The notes under the pieces are model-generated. The model ran no database searches, had not been told where the DNA came from, and was given only the letters and a program-made list of their open reading frames with translations. Below, in pieces: positions 1-10,311 of a stretch of 64,000 bases of DNA; the first letter of the stretch is position 1; each line of letters begins with the position of its first letter. Both the position numbers and the translations under genes were made by a program. The stretch comes from an uncultured virus (IMG/VR IMGVR_UViG_3300017783_000009) (Duplodnaviria > Heunggongvirae > Uroviricota > Caudoviricetes). Location: the IMG/VR virus record IMGVR_UViG_3300017783_000009; one strand, given 5' to 3'.

Positions 1-120
1 ATAAGCATAAAGACGAGCAGCTGAATCTTCATCCAATGTTTTCTGTCCATTTGTGTCAAATAGACGTAATTTTAAATTAGCGCCTTTTAATATATTAAAA
101 AGTTCTTCTGCTAGAGTCAT
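1..120 (-). CDS. Hypothetical late protein, 5' part only (MTLAEELFNILKGANLKLRLFD...), runs off the window edge
   Basis: ATG at 120 preceded by AAGGAG and a GATAAATA motif (139-146); frame open to position 1; not in the ORF track. Confidence 0.75.
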   Translation of the reverse strand, partial: MTLAEELFNILKGANLKLRLFDTNGQKTLDEDSAARLYAY

Positions 121-148
121 AGCGTTGCTCCTTTATACTATTTATCAT

Positions 149-1705
149 TTAGAGTAAACTAAACGGCATTGGTTCCATACCGTCATCGTCTTCAAAATCG
201 TCCTGTAGGTAATCAAATGCAGCTTCTTCGTAACGACTTACTTCCATACACATACGTATTACTAATACTAAAGACATTACCAAGTCATCGTGTTCTCCAT
301 CTTTTGCAGCATAGCTATTTCCTCTACTAATAAATGTTTTTAATTCACGTAGTAAGTTTTTACTTGCAATTTCTAATTTTTCTGTTTCTACCCAATGCTT
401 GAGCTTTGAACATGCGGTAATTTTTGATTTGTGTGTTGTAGTAAATCCTCGTCTATAACGTCTTGCATTTCCATGTGACTTACTTTCTGATAAGAATGTA
501 CCAGGAATAGTCTCTTCGCCTTGTTCTTCTATAACAACAAGTGCAGCTTCACCTAGTGTATTATTTTCAACACTATAATAAATTTCACATTGTCCACTTG
601 TTTCAGTTTCTATATATTGTGCTATTTCACGTAATACTTTAATCTGTCCTTGTACAGTAGTTCTATTGTGCATCCATTCTGCAACTTGTTTCATACCGGG
701 CATTTGATATACCTGTATTGCACTATTGTCTCCGCCTGTACCTAAACTTGGATCAAGTGCAATAGTATAAACATGATTTTTTGCAATAGGACGATACCAA
801 CGTACTTGTCCTAATGTTGCATACGGATCACGTGCTTCCATATTGCTTAGTTTAATACTGTCTATAAGTGTTTCATCAAAAGCAATAAATTCACAATTGT
901 GTTCACGTCTAAATCTTTCTTCGCCTATTTTACCTTCTTCAACAGTAGCCCAATCTTGATCTCTTTCTGGATGTTTGTCCCATTTAACAAGTATGTTAGC
1001 AAACCCATTGCGACCTTCGGTACGTTCATTACCATATTCGTCAATTTTCTTTTCAGCTTCCATCCAAATTTGTGCAAATTGATCATCATCCATGTTGGGA
1101 GTTGATGTAATTATACATTTACCACCTGTTGCAAGTGTTGGCGAAAGCGAAGTCCAAAATTCTTTTGCAATATTAGGACGCACAAATGCAAACTCGTCTA
1201 AGTATGCTAACGAAATACTCAAACCACGTCCGGTATTTTCTGTTGTTGATTGTGCAACTATACGAGATCCATTATCAAACTCTAAACTACCTTTGTTGTA
1301 TGCTGTAACTCCTGCACGAATAAAATCAGGAAGTGTTTCATATGCAAATCTTATACGTTGCATGATCTCGCTAGCACCAGAATATTTGTGTGCTGCAATG
1401 AGAATAGTTTGATCTGGATTAAACATTGCATACCATAATAAGTATCCTGCTGCACATGTTGATTTACCCATTTGTCTAGCAAGCATTGCAATACTATATC
1501 TATTATTATGATAACAATCTACTAGATCATCCTGAAAATCATACAAATCAAACTTCATACGTCCTTTTGTTGGATGTTGAATATAGCAATGTTCCCTCAT
1601 AAAATATTTTGGATCATTAGCACACTTTGCAAGTTCAACCAACTGTTGTTCTGTATACTTTTCTGTTTTGTATGGTGTTTTGGTTAATTTATCATTTACT
1701 GCCAT
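149..1705 (-). CDS. terL: Terminase large subunit (T4 gp17-like)
   Basis: Walker A ARQMGKST, Walker B YLDEFAF, motif III ITSTP, C-terminal nuclease motifs IALDPSLG and HDDLVMS. Confidence 0.97.
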   Translation of the reverse strand: MAVNDKLTKTPYKTEKYTEQQLVELAKCANDPKYFMREHCYIQHPTKGRMKFDLYDFQDDLVDCYHNNRYSIAMLARQMGKSTCAAGYLLWYAMFNPDQTILIAAHKYSGASEIMQRIRFAYETLPDFIRAGVTAYNKGSLEFDNGSRIVAQSTTENTGRGLSISLAYLDEFAFVRPNIAKEFWTSLSPTLATGGKCIITSTPNMDDDQFAQIWMEAEKKIDEYGNERTEGRNGFANILVKWDKHPERDQDWATVEEGKIGEERFRREHNCEFIAFDETLIDSIKLSNMEARDPYATLGQVRWYRPIAKNHVYTIALDPSLGTGGDNSAIQVYQMPGMKQVAEWMHNRTTVQGQIKVLREIAQYIETETSGQCEIYYSVENNTLGEAALVVIEEQGEETIPGTFLSESKSHGNARRYRRGFTTTHKSKITACSKLKHWVETEKLEIASKNLLRELKTFISRGNSYAAKDGEHDDLVMSLVLVIRMCMEVSRYEEAAFDYLQDDFEDDDGMEPMPFSLL

Positions 1706-1710
1706 AACAC

Positions 1711-1718
1711 TATTTATA
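1711..1718 (-). promoter_or_regulatory. T4-type late promoter TATAAATA, 5 nt upstream of the terminase ATG
   Basis: Exact T4 gp55 consensus; variants recur upstream of about 20 late genes in the window. Confidence 0.8.
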
Positions 1719-1720
1719 AT

Positions 1721-1756
1721 AGAAAACGGCGCAGTTAATTATAACTACACCGTTCT
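1721..1756 (-). terminator. Stem-loop terminator
   Basis: Minus strand AACGGUGUAGUUA-UAAU-UAACUGCGCCGUU followed by UUCU. Confidence 0.65.
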
Positions 1757-1768
1757 GCTGGGGGGATT

Positions 1769-1921
1769 CTATTTTTTACTCATATCTAGATGAGTCTTTT
1801 TTCCTGGTTGTCTTTTACGTTTTTTCTCGCCAACAACTTTTTTAGCATTAGGACCAAATTTTGCATTTGGCTTTACTGCACTATCGTTGGCAAGATTTTC
1901 AATTATTTCATTAGCCTTCAT
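1769..1921 (-). CDS. Small basic protein, 50 aa (MKANEIIENLAND...HLDMSKK)
   Basis: Manually translated; start overlaps the end of the upstream gene; fills the gap to the terminator. Confidence 0.6.
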   Translation of the reverse strand: MKANEIIENLANDSAVKPNAKFGPNAKKVVGEKKRKRQPGKKTHLDMSKK

Positions 1922-2918
1922 CTTTGCTTGCCTTGTAAGCAGCTTTTAAATCTTCTACTTTATGCTCTTTGAGACCAACTTTCATATCTTCGGCATCTAA
2001 ATAACGCTTTAGACTTAGATTAACACCTTGTGCAAAATCATATGCATCACCATGCGCTGTTGGCTCTTGTTCGCCTACTAATTCTGGTGATGGTGTGTTT
2101 GCCCATTCATTAATTTTTTGTTCAATAAATTCTTCACTTAAACCTGAATTTTTAAGTAAATTTTGAAGATTAATTAACTGTGTTGTACCCATTGTTGGAG
2201 CTTCATTAACTTCTGTGTTGACATCATCGTCTAGTTTGTGTGCAGTATCTTTTTTCATTGTAGTTTTATGTGTTTTACCACCAAATTCAAATGTATCTTT
2301 TCCTGCACGAGATGCTGCCGCTGCTGCCTGATTAAAAGCATTTTCATCAATGTCTGCTTCATCAATTTCTGCTTCGTTCATGCCCATGTCGTGATGTCTT
2401 TTAAAGTCATCACAAAAATCTTCAAGTTGGTCGCCGCTTAGGTAGCGTACTAGTTCATCAATAAGAGATTTGTGTGCGCCTTCTGCTTCGCCGCCTGCAA
2501 ATGCATCTTGCATATCATAAAAACATTCAGCTGCATCGCCTACTGCTTCTACTGTAGTCTCTTCTTCGGTTTCTTCAACTTCTTCTGCAAATTTGTATTC
2601 AAGGTAATGATCAACCATTTCAGGATCATAACCTAATTGTTCTGCAGCTTCATCTTGTGCTTCTTCAGGTTCCATACCTTGATCATGCAACTTCATTTTT
2701 AATGCAGAGATTTCTGGCCATGCTGCATCAATATCTGCTAAATCAGCCATTCTGCCTTCTTTTACGTTGTGATGGTCTTCACCGCATGTATTACATGGTG
2801 ATTCTCCGCAATCACAATCGCAGTCACTTTCTTCTATTGTTGTTTCATTTGTTGCACCCTGAGCTACGTTATCTGTAGCTAGTCCAGCTAGTGCTACTAA
2901 TCTATCTAAATCACTCAC
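1911..2918 (-). CDS. Acidic putative head/prohead internal protein
   Basis: Very E/D-rich with many (L/I/V)-x-E sites; lies in a late operon. Confidence 0.55.
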   Translation of the reverse strand: MSDLDRLVALAGLATDNVAQGATNETTIEESDCDCDCGESPCNTCGEDHHNVKEGRMADLADIDAAWPEISALKMKLHDQGMEPEEAQDEAAEQLGYDPEMVDHYLEYKFAEEVEETEEETTVEAVGDAAECFYDMQDAFAGGEAEGAHKSLIDELVRYLSGDQLEDFCDDFKRHHDMGMNEAEIDEADIDENAFNQAAAAASRAGKDTFEFGGKTHKTTMKKDTAHKLDDDVNTEVNEAPTMGTTQLINLQNLLKNSGLSEEFIEQKINEWANTPSPELVGEQEPTAHGDAYDFAQGVNLSLKRYLDAEDMKVGLKEHKVEDLKAAYKASKDEG

Positions 2919-3402
2919 TGTCTTTCTCCTTTTGTTTACGCAGCTTTAATAATTCTTGCACAAAACTTGTGTTAAACTTATCGCCATAATAATCTTCACT
3001 ATCTACTTTTTCTGCATCTTTGTATTCGCCATCGGCTAAAACACTTTCAACATCTTTTTGCTCTACATTTTCATCTGGATCTACTTCATGATCGCCTTTT
3101 ACTTTAAAAACTGAGTCACTTAGTCCTAGCATATTGCCTATTTCAATTTTTATTTGATGACTACTCACAGGTAGTGCAGTTTCAAATTCGTATGTAAAAA
3201 CTTCATAGCCTCTATGGCTTGGAAAATCACGTGGTGTGCTTTGCAGCATTGTTTTCTTCTCAGCACCGAGTCCTTTTGAGTCGTATTTCATTAGGTGCTT
3301 TTCTATTCTATCAGCATCATCATCGCTAAGTTGAGTCACTGATTTGATTTTAAATTTCCACGTTTGTTTTGATTCTTGTAGATATTGTAGATATGATTTC
3401 AT
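2911..3402 (-). CDS. Hypothetical late protein with capsid-targeting-like N-terminus
   Basis: RBS AGGAG; late promoter at 3424-3431; N-terminus MKSYLQYLQE. Confidence 0.7.
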   Translation of the reverse strand: MKSYLQYLQESKQTWKFKIKSVTQLSDDDADRIEKHLMKYDSKGLGAEKKTMLQSTPRDFPSHRGYEVFTYEFETALPVSSHQIKIEIGNMLGLSDSVFKVKGDHEVDPDENVEQKDVESVLADGEYKDAEKVDSEDYYGDKFNTSFVQELLKLRKQKEKDSE

Positions 3403-3422
3403 AGCATAGTTCTCCTATAATA

Positions 3423-3968
3423 CTATTTATCGTTTTCTTTTATATTTTGCATAATTTCAGCAAGCATAGCAGTTCTATCGCCTATAAACTTGCCTTCAAC
3501 TGATTCTGGATCTTCTATTCCAATTTCTTTGTTGCGAGCAGCAACATATGCATCAATTTTTTCACTTTCTTTTTCAAGTTTATGTTGACGCTGTTGTAGC
3601 TCAAGCATTTTCATTTTTTTATCTAATTTTGCAGTCTTTGCTTGTAATGCTGCTGTAATCATTTTAGCCGCACTATCAAAAATAGGTGCTGCATGTCTAT
3701 CTTCTACGTTTTTTCCTAAATCAACTAGATCATCAAATGTATCCATTGCCTTTTGTGCATACTGATCCATTTCTCTGTCTAATTCTTGCAAACCTTCTAC
3801 TGTAGGTAATGCAGCATCAACACGATCTAGCATACCCATATCACCTTGATATTCTACAATATTTGCTTGAATTTCTTCAGCAGTTGGCTCTACTTCCTGT
3901 TCTTCATCTTTTGGAAGCATATCTTCAATTGCTGGTAAATCTAATTCTTCTTCTAGTTTTTTTGTCAT
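3423..3968 (-). CDS. Probable terminase small subunit (gp16-like)
   Basis: 181 aa helical/coiled-coil protein upstream of terL in the same orientation; assignment from context and overall pattern. Confidence 0.5.
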   Translation of the reverse strand: MTKKLEEELDLPAIEDMLPKDEEQEVEPTAEEIQANIVEYQGDMGMLDRVDAALPTVEGLQELDREMDQYAQKAMDTFDDLVDLGKNVEDRHAAPIFDSAAKMITAALQAKTAKLDKKMKMLELQQRQHKLEKESEKIDAYVAARNKEIGIEDPESVEGKFIGDRTAMLAEIMQNIKENDK

Positions 3969-4141
3969 TTTCTTTTACCTGGTCTATTAGTTTTAGGGTA
4001 AAATTTACCCTTTCTTTTTTCCATATGTTTTTGTTTTTTCTGTTGTCTACGTTCTTCTGTATTTAACTTAGATGTTTCTAAACTAATTCTAAGCTCTTCT
4101 TCAATGGCAGGCCATACTTCGTGAAAGTATTTTTTTGTCAT
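3965..4141 (-). CDS. Small basic protein, 58 aa (MTKKYFHEVWPAIEEEL...RPGKRK)
   Basis: Manually translated; ATGA overlaps with both neighbours. Confidence 0.7.
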   Translation of the reverse strand: MTKKYFHEVWPAIEEELRISLETSKLNTEERRQQKKQKHMEKRKGKFYPKTNRPGKRK

Positions 4142-4578
4142 TTCTTTTTGCCTTTTTTGGGCCTATTAAAGATTTGATTTTCTGTTATTACTCTAAATCG
4201 TAGTCCATTGCTTTTTGCCCATACATTTGCAGCTTCCCACTTGGCTTGATTTACAATTGCTGCTGCTTTTTGTGCCTGTGTTCTCGCTTCACCTAATGTT
4301 TGACTTGCTGGTTTAATTTCTACAATTTCTGCATGATTTCTACCTTTTCTATCTTTGTATACTATTAACAAATCAGGAACATATGTGCTTTGCTTACCTG
4401 TTAAAGGATTACGATATGGCACTCTATGTGTTTCTGACCCCCAACCTAATATAGCAGGATGATTATCACACATACGAAATACAGCAAGCTCCCATCCACT
4501 TCTATAATGCGGAACACGCTTACCTAAATACTTATCTGGATTTATTGGAGCATATTTGCCACTTTGATACTTTGGCAT
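4138..4578 (-). CDS. gp4: Head completion nuclease (T4 gp4-like, TnsA-type PD-(D/E)XK)
   Basis: NPDKYLG, YRSGWE, YVPD and VEIKP motifs. Confidence 0.9.
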   Translation of the reverse strand: MPKYQSGKYAPINPDKYLGKRVPHYRSGWELAVFRMCDNHPAILGWGSETHRVPYRNPLTGKQSTYVPDLLIVYKDRKGRNHAEIVEIKPASQTLGEARTQAQKAAAIVNQAKWEAANVWAKSNGLRFRVITENQIFNRPKKGKKK

Positions 4579-4581
4579 TTG

Positions 4582-5355
4582 TTATTCGCCTTTGGTGTCA
4601 AATACGTTTTCATCTGTAACTGGAGCATCTATACCAACTAATGCTCCTTGTTCTTGTCCATTGGTTACATCAGTACCTGCTAATCTGTCGTCTTGAGTAA
4701 TAAAACCTCTTTCAGGAGTAAAACCTCTATTACCTGGATCATATATCTGCTCTGTTAAAATAGGATTATTGTTTGATTTAATATCATATCCCTCGTATAT
4801 AAATGTAATTCTATATTGAACTAGCCCGCTTTCACTATAATCAAGTGTATCAGCATCAATATTAGTAATCATTGGATTATATACTTTTATGATATTTGTG
4901 TCTTCATTACTGTTTACTCTAATAATAGATAGTTCAGTAATATAATTTTTATCTTGTTGTAATTTAGTACCAGCAAGTGCATTATTAAATTCAACAAAAC
5001 TACTACCGTAATTCATTGATCCAGCATAATAATATTCAGAGTATTGTTTTAAAAACATTTCAAATTCGCCATCTCTGGTATCGTAAGCGAGCATAGTAAT
5101 AGGAGCATAATCAATACCCGTTTGTATTACTCTTTTCTTATTATACTGGTTCAGTGTTTGTGCTTTTTTATTATAGCCAGGCATACTGATACTAGCAATA
5201 CGCTCAAAATCAGTAGTAACTAGTCCACCTAAAGCTGATGGATTTCGATGAGTCATATTTACTGTAAAGTTAAATTTAGATCTTGGAACTAGTGTCACTG
5301 ATCCAACTGTCAGATTCTGACCGTATACTTCGTGTGCTTTACTACCTAAACCCAT
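4582..5355 (-). CDS. Tail tube-fold paralogue (gp19/gp54-like)
   Basis: Shares the SxSxP...NxYN...Y/WxP(I/V)T...LxY pattern with the adjacent tube protein. Confidence 0.65.
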   Translation of the reverse strand: MGLGSKAHEVYGQNLTVGSVTLVPRSKFNFTVNMTHRNPSALGGLVTTDFERIASISMPGYNKKAQTLNQYNKKRVIQTGIDYAPITMLAYDTRDGEFEMFLKQYSEYYYAGSMNYGSSFVEFNNALAGTKLQQDKNYITELSIIRVNSNEDTNIIKVYNPMITNIDADTLDYSESGLVQYRITFIYEGYDIKSNNNPILTEQIYDPGNRGFTPERGFITQDDRLAGTDVTNGQEQGALVGIDAPVTDENVFDTKGE

Positions 5356-5368
5356 TGGCTATATCCTA

Positions 5369-5977
5369 TTAACCTTGAGCGAATTCACCGTCTGCGCTAC
5401 GTGTTTCTTTACTTAACACATCAGTTGAATCGATAATATGTTCTGCATGATCGTAACGTAAAGTAAGTGTTACCTGAACCATATCAGATGTAGCATAATT
5501 TAAATCACCATATTGAACGTTTTGAATAAAACAACCCATTAGTTTCCAATTATCAAATTGTGCTGGTGCAGAGTTTTGACCGTTGTTACCATCTAGTGTT
5601 TGAATTTCAACACCAAACTTATAACCTTCGCCTGCAATTGCCGAAGCTTGGTCACTGTGGTCTACTTGCTTGTTAAGTTGTTCACCTAGTGCTTTAATTA
5701 CATTTGATGTCATATCATCACGGAAAACAACTGTTACTGGTTCCCATGTATGCTTACCAGCAAGGTAAGTTTTTGAGTTGTATGAATCTACTATCACTTC
5801 TTCGTGTGACATATTTGGACGAGATACACTAATTACATTTTGTGTAAGCTCTTTTTTAGCATTTCCTGCTTTACCAATACCATTAAATATCACACGAAAG
5901 CGATACTGTAGTTTTGGCATTAATGTTGTGCCATCGTTTCCATTAACCGGCACACCAAAGTTTGAAATAACTGGCAT
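5369..5977 (-). CDS. gp19: Tail tube protein (gp19-like)
   Basis: LQYRFRV, AGKHTWEPVTVVFRD, GDLNY, TLTLRYD; directly downstream of the sheath. Confidence 0.9.
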   Translation of the reverse strand: MPVISNFGVPVNGNDGTTLMPKLQYRFRVIFNGIGKAGNAKKELTQNVISVSRPNMSHEEVIVDSYNSKTYLAGKHTWEPVTVVFRDDMTSNVIKALGEQLNKQVDHSDQASAIAGEGYKFGVEIQTLDGNNGQNSAPAQFDNWKLMGCFIQNVQYGDLNYATSDMVQVTLTLRYDHAEHIIDSTDVLSKETRSADGEFAQG

Positions 5978-6035
5978 TTTATATCTCCTATAAACAATCT
6001 AGTTTGTTATACTATGTATTTATCAAAGTTTGGCC

Positions 6036-6073
6036 AAAAAAAAGAGACCGCTTAAAAACCACGGTCTCTTTTG
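6036..6073 (-). terminator. Intrinsic terminator after the sheath gene
   Basis: Inverted repeat AAAGAGACCG...CGGTCTCTTT with a long U tract on the minus strand. Confidence 0.8.
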
Positions 6074-6089
6074 TATTTTTTAACTATTT

Positions 6090-8525
6090 TTAGCCAAGTT
6101 CTCCAGTATTTACAATACGAATTGGAATGTAGATAAATTCTGCTGATTTTGTAGGCTCAATAGCTACATCAATGTAGAATTCATTAGCATCTATTCTTGC
6201 TGGAGTGTTGTTTGTTTCGTCACATACTACTGCAAAGTCATATAAACCACGCTGTTGCATAATGTTTCCTAAGAAACCATCAAAAACCTGTTTTGCATTT
6301 GTTCTTGTTAGTTCGTCATTTACTTCAAATAAGAATGGACGAGCAATTACTGCAAAACGTTCTCTTAGGTATGCTGTTAAACGAGCAACATTGACGCGGT
6401 CCAGTGCGCTTGCGCCCGAATGTAAAGTCTTCTGACCAAAAATAACAATACCATCTGATGGGAAGTTAGCAATTGGGTTTAATTTTGCTTCATACATTGC
6501 ATCACGAGCACCTTGTGTTAATGATACTGGTGTAAATTCACCTTCACTGTTAATGTAACCAACACCTGCTGCGTTTTGAACAACACCACGTGTTAAACCT
6601 GCTGGAGCAAACCACTGAAAGCTGATGTTATCTGAAAATGCAAATGTAAACAATGCCGAGTGAGATGCTGGTGCAACTACACTATCACCTGTTACAGGGT
6701 TTGTTGCAAGAACATGAGGATAATATGTTGCTGCATATGTATTATTTGTAAGTAACCCGGTTTCTCCATTTTCTGCTGCACCGTTACCTTTAATCCATGC
6801 TACTGCTTCTGTTGGATTTAAGCGGAATGGTGCGTCAACAATAACAAAACCTGTTTCGTCACGGTCGCTGTTTAATGCGACCATTTCATCCATCATTTCT
6901 GGATAACCTGGAGCTGCAAGTAAACGCATTGCAATTGTATCTTCACGTAGTTCAGAACCTGATGCACTTGCTTGCATCGCTGCTACTACAACTTTACGCT
7001 GTGCAAGTCTACCAAACGAGCCTGAGCCGTCAGCTTGATTACCTGCGTGGTTACGCCATTTCCAAGTTGTGCTAGCGTCTGCATCGTACATTCTTACAGT
7101 GTTTGCTGAACGACACATATTAACTGCACTTGTTCCCACTGGGTATAGTAATGGGTTTGGAGCGCCTGCTAATAGAGTAGCTTCAAAAGTGCCTGCTGAT
7201 GTATCATTTGCTGTAATGTCGCCAAATACAATACCATTTGATGTTGATTGATCTGTGTTATCTTTACGAACCCATGCCGAGCCGTTATGACGATACATTG
7301 CTGGATATCCATCTGCATCTGTATCAATCCAATAATCACCATCTGCTAATGCTGCACCACCTGAATCGCTTGTTGGTGCTTGTGTACTATATTGAATATC
7401 AGTCATACGTTTCCATTTTTGGACACCGCTATCTAATGCAACTTCGTAAATTGCTAGATCGTTTACATCTGGATCAAACCAAATTGTGCCATCTACTGGA
7501 TTACCTGTTGGCTCTGCTATTTGTACTGTAATTACATAGCCGCCTGTTGCTACTGAGCTATCAGTTGCAATATCGTCCCACTGTGATTGAACACTGTCAT
7601 AACGTTTGATTTCAAAACTACCGTCACCTAAATCCATCCATAGTTCGCCTTCTGCAAAACTACGTGCAGTGGCTGCTGTGCCGTCTGCAAATGTATCTGA
7701 TGTAGTGCCTGCTGGTGTAGTTGCTTGTGCATATACTACACTTTGTTTTACAAATGCACCCGCTGTTGTTGTAAACAAGCCTATGTCAAGTTCTGTACCT
7801 GCACCTGGGCGTGTTGTTTTTATCCATACGTCACCTGCTGAAGGTGATGATGGAACTGAATAATGTGGCGCTAGTGTAGCTGTACCTGTTCCCCAACCTG
7901 AGTCGAGATTTTCCCATGCACCGCCTTCGCCGATATAGTATTCTACTTTTGTAGATGTAGTTGAATTTATAATAAGCACCAGGTATGAACCGTTAACTGC
8001 TGCTACTGTTGGTGCACCGCTAGCTACGATTTCAACAGTTGGTGTTTTTGCTGTCCAGCCGCTTGCGCTGTATTCAAAAATACCCCAGTCACTTGCTGAA
8101 GGGTTCAACCAATATGTGTTATTAGCTGGATTGCCCACTGGCGCTGTTGCCTGTGGACGTAAAGATGTTAAGTCAGTGTTTGCACGAACAATATATGCCG
8201 CCGCACTTTGACCTAAGAATGAGTAAGCTGCTAGCAGACCATATTCGTTAGTTTCATCACCTTGCATTACTGAGCCCGCTACTTTGCGGAAATCACAATT
8301 ACCAAAGTATTGTGTTAGCTCTCTTTGTGATGTAACTAGAATTGGTTTGCCGGCTTCCGCTGACTTGGTATATTTTGCAATACCGTCAACTTCCGTACCA
8401 GTAGGATCCACCTTGTCTGCACCTGTAGCAATGAATAACATTGGTACAGTGCCTGCACCAGCTGGACCGTAAACTGATTCGTCTGAGATAGTAACCTGGA
8501 CTCCAGGTGAAACAAGATTTGCCAT
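6090..8525 (-). CDS. gp18: Contractile tail sheath protein (gp18-like); start refined to 8525
   Basis: MANLVSPGV start with AAGGAG RBS; WFAPAG, FGQKTL, DRVNVARL, FLFEVND and CDETNNTP motifs. Confidence 0.96.
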   Translation of the reverse strand: MANLVSPGVQVTISDESVYGPAGAGTVPMLFIATGADKVDPTGTEVDGIAKYTKSAEAGKPILVTSQRELTQYFGNCDFRKVAGSVMQGDETNEYGLLAAYSFLGQSAAAYIVRANTDLTSLRPQATAPVGNPANNTYWLNPSASDWGIFEYSASGWTAKTPTVEIVASGAPTVAAVNGSYLVLIINSTTSTKVEYYIGEGGAWENLDSGWGTGTATLAPHYSVPSSPSAGDVWIKTTRPGAGTELDIGLFTTTAGAFVKQSVVYAQATTPAGTTSDTFADGTAATARSFAEGELWMDLGDGSFEIKRYDSVQSQWDDIATDSSVATGGYVITVQIAEPTGNPVDGTIWFDPDVNDLAIYEVALDSGVQKWKRMTDIQYSTQAPTSDSGGAALADGDYWIDTDADGYPAMYRHNGSAWVRKDNTDQSTSNGIVFGDITANDTSAGTFEATLLAGAPNPLLYPVGTSAVNMCRSANTVRMYDADASTTWKWRNHAGNQADGSGSFGRLAQRKVVVAAMQASASGSELREDTIAMRLLAAPGYPEMMDEMVALNSDRDETGFVIVDAPFRLNPTEAVAWIKGNGAAENGETGLLTNNTYAATYYPHVLATNPVTGDSVVAPASHSALFTFAFSDNISFQWFAPAGLTRGVVQNAAGVGYINSEGEFTPVSLTQGARDAMYEAKLNPIANFPSDGIVIFGQKTLHSGASALDRVNVARLTAYLRERFAVIARPFLFEVNDELTRTNAKQVFDGFLGNIMQQRGLYDFAVVCDETNNTPARIDANEFYIDVAIEPTKSAEFIYIPIRIVNTGELG

Positions 8526-8627
8526 AATAATAGCTCCTTTACTAGTTAGAATCATTTTCTAACTGTATTTATTCGCTATTGGGTAAAAAGGGGTGGTTAC
8601 AGAATTATAGAGTCTATATTTATCAAA

Positions 8628-9254
8628 TCAGACAAAAACTTCAAGAGTTCTTGATTGCAAATCTTCTAATGTTCCAGTGTTGTTTATTTTATAATCAAAA
8701 TTCCAACCTGCCCAACTCCATTCACTTGGGTGTACTTCGGGGAATACAATATTCATTGAATTATTTGAACTAGGTGTTCCTGCTTTGTTTACACCACAAG
8801 CGGTAGCCCACCAATCAGGTTTATCTAATCTCCACACTACCGCAGTAGTTCCTCCTAATTTTTTTATTACACCAAGTTCATTAAAAAATCTACAATCACT
8901 AATTACAACATTTCTATTTGTCATTTCTATTTGACGCTCGCATGCCGCTACCCATATATCAGGATGAAAGTGTGTTCTTAAAACATCTGTGCCTATATAT
9001 TGTAAAGCATACCTAGGAGTAAAATTTTCAATGCCTAATCTATCAGCCCACCATTCGTCTACTGTTTCTCTCCATACACGAGATTCTGTTGTATTGCCTT
9101 CTAGTAATATTCTATCCCAACTAAAAATATTAGCACAGGCATCTTTTAATACACCAGCAAAACTAATACGCTGATATCCTTGTTCAATTAAAAAACCTGC
9201 TGCTGTATCTTTACCGTGTCCTATTAACCCACAAATACCTACAACTTTTTTCAT
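8628..9254 (-). CDS. gp1: Deoxynucleoside monophosphate kinase (gp1-like)
   Basis: GLIGHGKDT P-loop, TPRYALQYIGTD, ISDCRFFNE, HPSE. Confidence 0.92.
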   Translation of the reverse strand: MKKVVGICGLIGHGKDTAAGFLIEQGYQRISFAGVLKDACANIFSWDRILLEGNTTESRVWRETVDEWWADRLGIENFTPRYALQYIGTDVLRTHFHPDIWVAACERQIEMTNRNVVISDCRFFNELGVIKKLGGTTAVVWRLDKPDWWATACGVNKAGTPSSNNSMNIVFPEVHPSEWSWAGWNFDYKINNTGTLEDLQSRTLEVFV

Positions 9255-9574
9255 AAAATCCTCAAAACAATATTAAATAAAATTATTGTAACTAAGATAC
9301 CAAGTCCCATACTTGGCCAAAAACCTAGTTTACCAATTCCTAATCCAAATATAACAAAAAAAACTAAACTTGTCAAGACAAAGTATATCGTTTGAAAACT
9401 AAATTGTGCAAATGTGTTCGAATCAACACCGTTGTAATACATAAATGCCATACTCAGTAATGCTGTAAAAGGAATTCCCATAACTACTGCTGCAATGGTT
9501 GCATTTTTTAAAGATAGTGAACTTACTGTCGCAACAATAAGTCCGCTTATTAAAGCCTTAAATAAAAATTCCAT
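9251..9574 (-). CDS. Small four-helix membrane protein (DUF3147/GlpM-like)
   Basis: Four hydrophobic segments; KALISGLIV and GIPFT pattern. Confidence 0.6.
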   Translation of the reverse strand: MEFLFKALISGLIVATVSSLSLKNATIAAVVMGIPFTALLSMAFMYYNGVDSNTFAQFSFQTIYFVLTSLVFFVIFGLGIGKLGFWPSMGLGILVTIILFNIVLRIL

Positions 9575-10311
9575 TAGCCTATTATGAAACCTAAGCCTGC
9601 TGACCCATCATTGTATACTGTAAGTTCAGTTTCTAGCTTGTCAATTTCCTGTAATGCATCAGTACGTAACTGATCTGCGTTCATTGTAGTTCCGCCTTGC
9701 GGACCTGCAATTTGTGTAAACTTACCACGTGCTTCAGCAAGCATTAATCTAGCATGAGCAAATGAATAATCTTTAATCCATGGTGCCGCATAATGATCAG
9801 TTAATAAGTCTTCGTCAATTCTATTCATGTATACATGTAACACCGCTGTATCTGGTGCTTTTATTTTACGATGAAGTATTAGACGACTTTCTTGTGGACG
9901 CCAAGTAAACATAATTTCAGCACCAAATAGTTTACCCATTGTTTCTCTGTTTTGTTGTAGAAAGTCAAAAGTAGCAAGTCCACCATTTCTACTAGATCCG
10001 AGAAGATATGTATTCATATATGCAGCTTGAAACGGTTCAATATTATTACCCGTCCCACTACTAATACCTGTTGTTCTGCGATAAATGTCTTTTACTTCTA
10101 TAATTTCTTTTGGAAGTGTATATTCACTTTGTTCCTTTTGCATTTCGAGAATTATAAAACTCTCTTCTACTGCATTTTCTGCACGTTGACGATATTTTGC
10201 AAGTGCTTTATCAGTAGCAAGTTCGTAGTGCTCGGGATCAAGTTCTACATCAACCATACCTCCGCCTAAACGAAGTTCTATTTCTTTTGATAATTTATTT
10301 CTTGCCGTCAT
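9574..10311 (-). CDS. gp13: Neck protein (gp13-like head-tail adaptor)
   Basis: LRLGGGMVDVEL, WIKDY...ARGKF...PQGG motifs. Confidence 0.88.
   Translation of the reverse strand: MTARNKLSKEIELRLGGGMVDVELDPEHYELATDKALAKYRQRAENAVEESFIILEMQKEQSEYTLPKEIIEVKDIYRRTTGISSGTGNNIEPFQAAYMNTYLLGSSRNGGLATFDFLQQNRETMGKLFGAEIMFTWRPQESRLILHRKIKAPDTAVLHVYMNRIDEDLLTDHYAAPWIKDYSFAHARLMLAEARGKFTQIAGPQGGTTMNADQLRTDALQEIDKLETELTVYNDGSAGLGFIIG

Noticed and set aside
149..1705. Intein or intron in terminase, portal or gp46
   Set aside because: Lengths and motif spacing are normal; no intein terminal motifs seen
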